DNA from: Terriglobales bacterium
Lineage (GTDB): Bacteria > Acidobacteriota > Terriglobia > Terriglobales > Acidobacteriaceae
DNA length: 45,270 nt
Direction: 5' to 3'
Assembly (NCBI GenBank): GCA_049799615.1
Contig: JBARIF010000065.1
Span: 1 to 45,270 of the forward strand
In this document: positions 41,922 to 45,270 of the stretch, piece by piece
Layout of the letters: the number at the start of each line of letters is the position of its first letter
Position numbering within the stretch: position 1 is the first letter of the stretch
Program-made: the position numbers and the translations under genes
Notes under the pieces: model-generated
What the model was told of the DNA's origin: nothing
What the model saw: only the letters and a program-made list of their open reading frames with translations
Databases searched by the model: none

Positions 41922-43597
41922 TTACCAACAAGACACTGAAACTGAGTTTGAAATCGCTCCGCGAGTTCGCCAAGAAACGTCTGCCCGACGAAACCCTGAT
42001 CGAGCTGGATGCGCGTGACGAATGTCCGCTGGAGATTGTTCACCACATGTGCAGCCCGGATAAGCTGGGCATTCAACTTCTGTTTGTTCCGGAAGAATTT
42101 GGCGGCATGGGCGGCGGCGCGTTCGACGTGTACTGCGTCTGTGAAGAAATGGCGCGCATCGATTTGGGCGTCGCGACCGCGGTGCTGGCCACTTTCCTGG
42201 GCAGCGATCCCATCACGGTGGGAGCCACTCCGGAGCAAAAGAAGCTCTGGCTGGGGCGCATCGCGGAAGAGGGTCTGCTGTTTGCCTACGGAGCGACCGA
42301 GCCGGAAGCAGGCAGCGATCTGGGTGCTCTCCGCACCACCGCCGACCGCGTCAGTGAAAACGGCCGCATCATCGGCTACAAGATCAGCGGCAACAAACAA
42401 TGGATCAGCAATGGTGGAATCGCCGACGCGTGCACGATTCTGGCCAATACTCCCACGGGTCCGAGCTGGTTCATTGTGGAAAAAGGCGCGAAGGGTTTTA
42501 GCCACGACAAGCCGGAGGACAAGCACGGCATCCGACTCAGCAACACAGCAGCCCTGGCACTCGATAACGTCTATGTCGACGCGGACCGCCTGGTCGGGGG
42601 CGTGGAAGGCCAGGGACTGAACCAGGCACAGGCTGTATTCGGTTACACCCGCCTGATGGTTGCGGCATTTGGCCTGGGCGCGGGATGGGCCGCGCTCGAC
42701 CGGGCAATTCCTTATTCCACCAAGCGCATTCAGGCCGGCGCGCCTCTATCCGAAAAGCAGGGATACACGCACAAACTCATCGTGCCCCACGTGGCCCGGC
42801 TGGAAGCGGCCCGCTCCTACATCGAAGAAACCGCGGAGCGCATCGACGGAGGGGCAGAAGGAAGCCTGAACACCGAAGGGGCGATCGCGAAGTACATGGC
42901 AACCGAGGCGGGAAATGCCGCCGCCGAGGCCAGCATCCAGGCGCTGGGCGGATACGGCTACACCCACGAATACATGGTGGAGAAGATCAAGCGCGACGTT
43001 CGCATCACCACCATTTACGAAGGCACCTCGGAGATCATGGAGATGACCATCAGCCGCGACCGCTGGCAGCTCCACCTGAAGGCGCGCGGCCAGCACTATC
43101 ACGAACAGGCGAAGAAGTTCGAAGCACTGCATGCCAGCCATGCGGACGTGGGTGCTGACAGTGCGGCCCTGGCGTTCCACGCTCTGGCCGAAGTGATGGA
43201 GCGATCTCGGGTGGCGCGTCTGACTCGCTACCAGCACATTCTCCTCCGCCTGGGCGAGTTGATCGCGTATGCGGAGTGCGCCGGCAGCCTAGCTCGCCGC
43301 GCTTCCTTGCTGGCGGAAAACAAACTGAACGAAAAAGCCAGCCGGCGGTTCGACGCGACGGGGCTGGCGGCAGTGAGCCGAATCTTCGCGCGCGAAGCCG
43401 CACTCAAGGTGGCTGAAGATGGTTTGCGCTGGGTCGTCGGAGCCGGTGGTGTAAGCGACACCGAGCTGGCCACGTTTGAAACAGCTTTGGGAATGCCCGC
43501 CATTCATCGCGCCCAGGCGGGAGTGATTTCGGACATGGATTACATAGCAGACGTGCTGTACAGCCGCGCAGCGAAGCGCAAGGAGTTGGCTGCGTAG
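41918..43597 (+). CDS. Acyl-CoA dehydrogenase with ~170-aa C-terminal helical extension
   Basis: ATGA overlap with etfA. The motifs are [25 protein letters not shown] and the catalytic-base region [10 protein letters not shown]. At 559 aa the protein is much longer than a ~380-aa core ACAD. Confidence 0.9.
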   Translation: MITNKTLKLSLKSLREFAKKRLPDETLIELDARDECPLEIVHHMCSPDKLGIQLLFVPEEFGGMGGGAFDVYCVCEEMARIDLGVATAVLATFLGSDPITVGATPEQKKLWLGRIAEEGLLFAYGATEPEAGSDLGALRTTADRVSENGRIIGYKISGNKQWISNGGIADACTILANTPTGPSWFIVEKGAKGFSHDKPEDKHGIRLSNTAALALDNVYVDADRLVGGVEGQGLNQAQAVFGYTRLMVAAFGLGAGWAALDRAIPYSTKRIQAGAPLSEKQGYTHKLIVPHVARLEAARSYIEETAERIDGGAEGSLNTEGAIAKYMATEAGNAAAEASIQALGGYGYTHEYMVEKIKRDVRITTIYEGTSEIMEMTISRDRWQLHLKARGQHYHEQAKKFEALHASHADVGADSAALAFHALAEVMERSRVARLTRYQHILLRLGELIAYAECAGSLARRASLLAENKLNEKASRRFDATGLAAVSRIFAREAALKVAEDGLRWVVGAGGVSDTELATFETALGMPAIHRAQAGVISDMDYIADVLYSRAAKRKELAA

Positions 43598-43674
43598 CAT
43601 TGCAAGAAGGATGGACCGCAGACGGACTGAGCTTTCGCAGTCCACCGTTCTCTCCTTATTAAGGGAGCGCAGTC

Positions 43675-45270
43675 ATGGAAAATACTTCATACCGAGCCAT
43701 AGCAATCGTAGGGGCGGGAGCGATTCTGCCCGATGCGCCAAACGTCCCGGCTTTCTGGGAAAACGTGAAGAGCGGCCGTTACAGCATTACGGAAGTTACG
43801 GCCGACCGTTGGGACCCGGCGCTGTATTTTGATGCCGATCACAGCGCGCCCGACAAGACCTATTCCAAGATCGGCGGCTGGGTGCGCGACTATCCCTGGG
43901 ACCCCATGAAGTGGCACCTGCCCATCCCTCCGCGAGTGGGCGATGCCATGGATGGATCGCAGAAATGGGCAATCGCCTGCACCCGCGAAGCGCTGGAAGA
44001 CTACGGTTACCCCAAGCGTCCGCTGGACCTGGATCGTACCGCCGTGATCCTGGGCAACGCCTTGGGCGGGGAAAAGCACTATCTCACCGCGTTGCGCGTG
44101 TTTTTTCCCGAATACGCGCATGAGTTGGCCGAAAGTGTCAGTTTCGCAGCCCTGCCGGAAGGCTTGCGCCGCGACATCACGCGCGAATTGCGCGAGGGGA
44201 TCGGCAAACATCTGCCCCCGATTACCGAAGACAGCATGCCTGGCGAACTGGCCAATTGCATTGCCGGCCGGGTGGCGAATATCTACAACTTTCACGGCCC
44301 CAACTATGTTTGCGATGCCGCGTGCGCCTCGGCGATGGCGGCGATTAGCGCCGCAGCCGAGGGATTGATCCACAACGACTACGACCTGGTGGTCAGCGGC
44401 GGTATCGATCGCAACATGGGCGCCTCAAGTTTTGTGAAGTTCTGCAAGATCGGGGCCCTCTCCGCCACCGGAACTCGTCCTTATGCCGAGGGAGCAGATG
44501 GGTTCGTGATGGGCGAAGGCGCAGCCATCGTGTTGCTAAAACGTCTGGCGGACGCCGAACGCGACGGGGACAAGATCTATGCCGTGCTGCGTGGCATGGG
44601 CGGATCCAGCGATGGAAAGGGAAAGGGCATCACCGCGCCCAACCCGATTGGTCAGAAATTCGCCATCGAGCGCGCCTGGCAGAACGCTGGATTGCCACTC
44701 GCTACGGCCACTTATATTGAAGGTCACGGTACTTCGACGCGAGTTGGCGACGTAGTGGAGGTCCAGAGTATGGCTGAGGCGCTCAGCGGTTTTAACCTGC
44801 CCTCTCACTCGGTGGCCCTGGGCTCCGTCAAGTCGAACTTCGGCCATCTCAAAGGAGCGGCTGGAGCCGCCGGGTTCCTGAAAACTGCCTTGGCGCTTCG
44901 GGACAAGGTGCTGCCGCCCAGCCTGCATTGTGGACATCCCAGCCCGGACATCGATTTCGCCCACTCTCCGCTCTACGATAAGACCGAATTGAAGCCGTGG
45001 ACGGTCGCGCCGGATGGCGTGCGGCGTGCCGGGTTGAGCGCGTTTGGTTTTGGCGGCACTAATTTCCACGCCGTCCTCGAAGAATATATTCCTCACCGGT
45101 TGAACGGAAACGGCAAGCACTCGGTGGCCGTGAACGAGATACCGCCGGCTGCGAAAGAGCCAACTATGAATGTACATGAAGCTGTTCGCAATTCTACTTC
45201 TGCTTATAAGGCTCCATTGCGCGGCGCGCTGGTGATCGGCGCCGCAACCGAAGCCGCGCTGGTTGAGCGT
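43675..45270 (+). CDS. PUFA-synthase/type I PKS-like beta-ketoacyl synthase (PfaA-like N-terminus); 3' partial, runs off window
   Basis: This ORF is not in the ORF track because it has no stop. My translation from the ATG at 43675 (SD AAGGGAG) reads MENTSYRAIAIVGAGAILPDAPNVPAFWENVKSGRYSITEVTADRWDPALYFDADHSAPDKTYSKIGGWV... It carries the KS catalytic triad contexts CDAACASAMAAI, EGHGTSTRVGD and SNFGHLKGAAG, and is in frame for 532 codons. Confidence 0.85.
   Translation, partial: MENTSYRAIAIVGAGAILPDAPNVPAFWENVKSGRYSITEVTADRWDPALYFDADHSAPDKTYSKIGGWVRDYPWDPMKWHLPIPPRVGDAMDGSQKWAIACTREALEDYGYPKRPLDLDRTAVILGNALGGEKHYLTALRVFFPEYAHELAESVSFAALPEGLRRDITRELREGIGKHLPPITEDSMPGELANCIAGRVANIYNFHGPNYVCDAACASAMAAISAAAEGLIHNDYDLVVSGGIDRNMGASSFVKFCKIGALSATGTRPYAEGADGFVMGEGAAIVLLKRLADAERDGDKIYAVLRGMGGSSDGKGKGITAPNPIGQKFAIERAWQNAGLPLATATYIEGHGTSTRVGDVVEVQSMAEALSGFNLPSHSVALGSVKSNFGHLKGAAGAAGFLKTALALRDKVLPPSLHCGHPSPDIDFAHSPLYDKTELKPWTVAPDGVRRAGLSAFGFGGTNFHAVLEEYIPHRLNGNGKHSVAVNEIPPAAKEPTMNVHEAVRNSTSAYKAPLRGALVIGAATEAALVER

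Noticed and set aside
1-45270. Search for mobile elements, defence systems, toxin-antitoxin pairs, CRISPR, rRNA and tRNA across the window.
   Set aside because: I recognised no transposase, integrase, recombinase, Cas, restriction-modification, abortive-infection or toxin-antitoxin signature in any frame. The only compositional or insertion-like anomaly is the 39491-40132 ORF, reported separately.

Overview
About 60% GC (by eye) chromosomal segment. The gene content (carboxypeptidase-regulatory-domain TonB receptor, CRTAC1/ASPIC-UnbV FG-GAP protein, GH116, many Sec/TAT-exported hydrolases, TPR proteins) resembles a soil Acidobacteriota genome; this is inference only. I found no transposase, integrase, CRISPR array, rRNA or convincing tRNA. 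The window splits into three blocks. (1) 1-22260 is an exported-enzyme and uptake locus. It holds GH116, two secreted ADP-ribosylglycohydrolase-fold paralogues, an FG-GAP/UnbV protein, a GH-like/FGE-domain fusion, a LacI regulator, TPR protein plus TonB receptor, a GRP-type permease, ribokinase, an RbsD/FucU-like protein and a PQQ-propeller/ThuA/cytochrome c trio. A TTGAAAC-type palindromic motif recurs in three of its promoter regions. (2) 22261-31866 is a storage-lipid and stress block. It holds two alpha/beta hydrolases, an unknown beta-rich protein, PhaR divergent from a six-repeat phasin-like protein, a START-like protein, a Crp/Fnr regulator with an N-terminal Cys cluster, OsmC, a membrane PP2C phosphatase, an RsbRD_N-like protein and cytochrome c. 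(3) 32235-45270 is a tightly spaced co-directional run of about 10 genes. In order: small membrane protein, AdhE, STAS protein, WS/DGAT wax-ester synthase, membrane Fe-S oxidoreductase, a lower-GC possible PD-(D/E)XK-like insert, EtfB, EtfA, a long acyl-CoA dehydrogenase and a PUFA/PKS-type ketosynthase. The ketosynthase ORF runs off the window and is absent from the supplied ORF track. This run is preceded by a perfect TGTGA-N6-TCACA site. The strongest candidates for undescribed biology are the exported ARH-fold/ribose-salvage locus and the AdhE-STAS-WS/DGAT-ETF-ACAD-KS cluster. Both rest on motif recognition and gene context only, without database searches.
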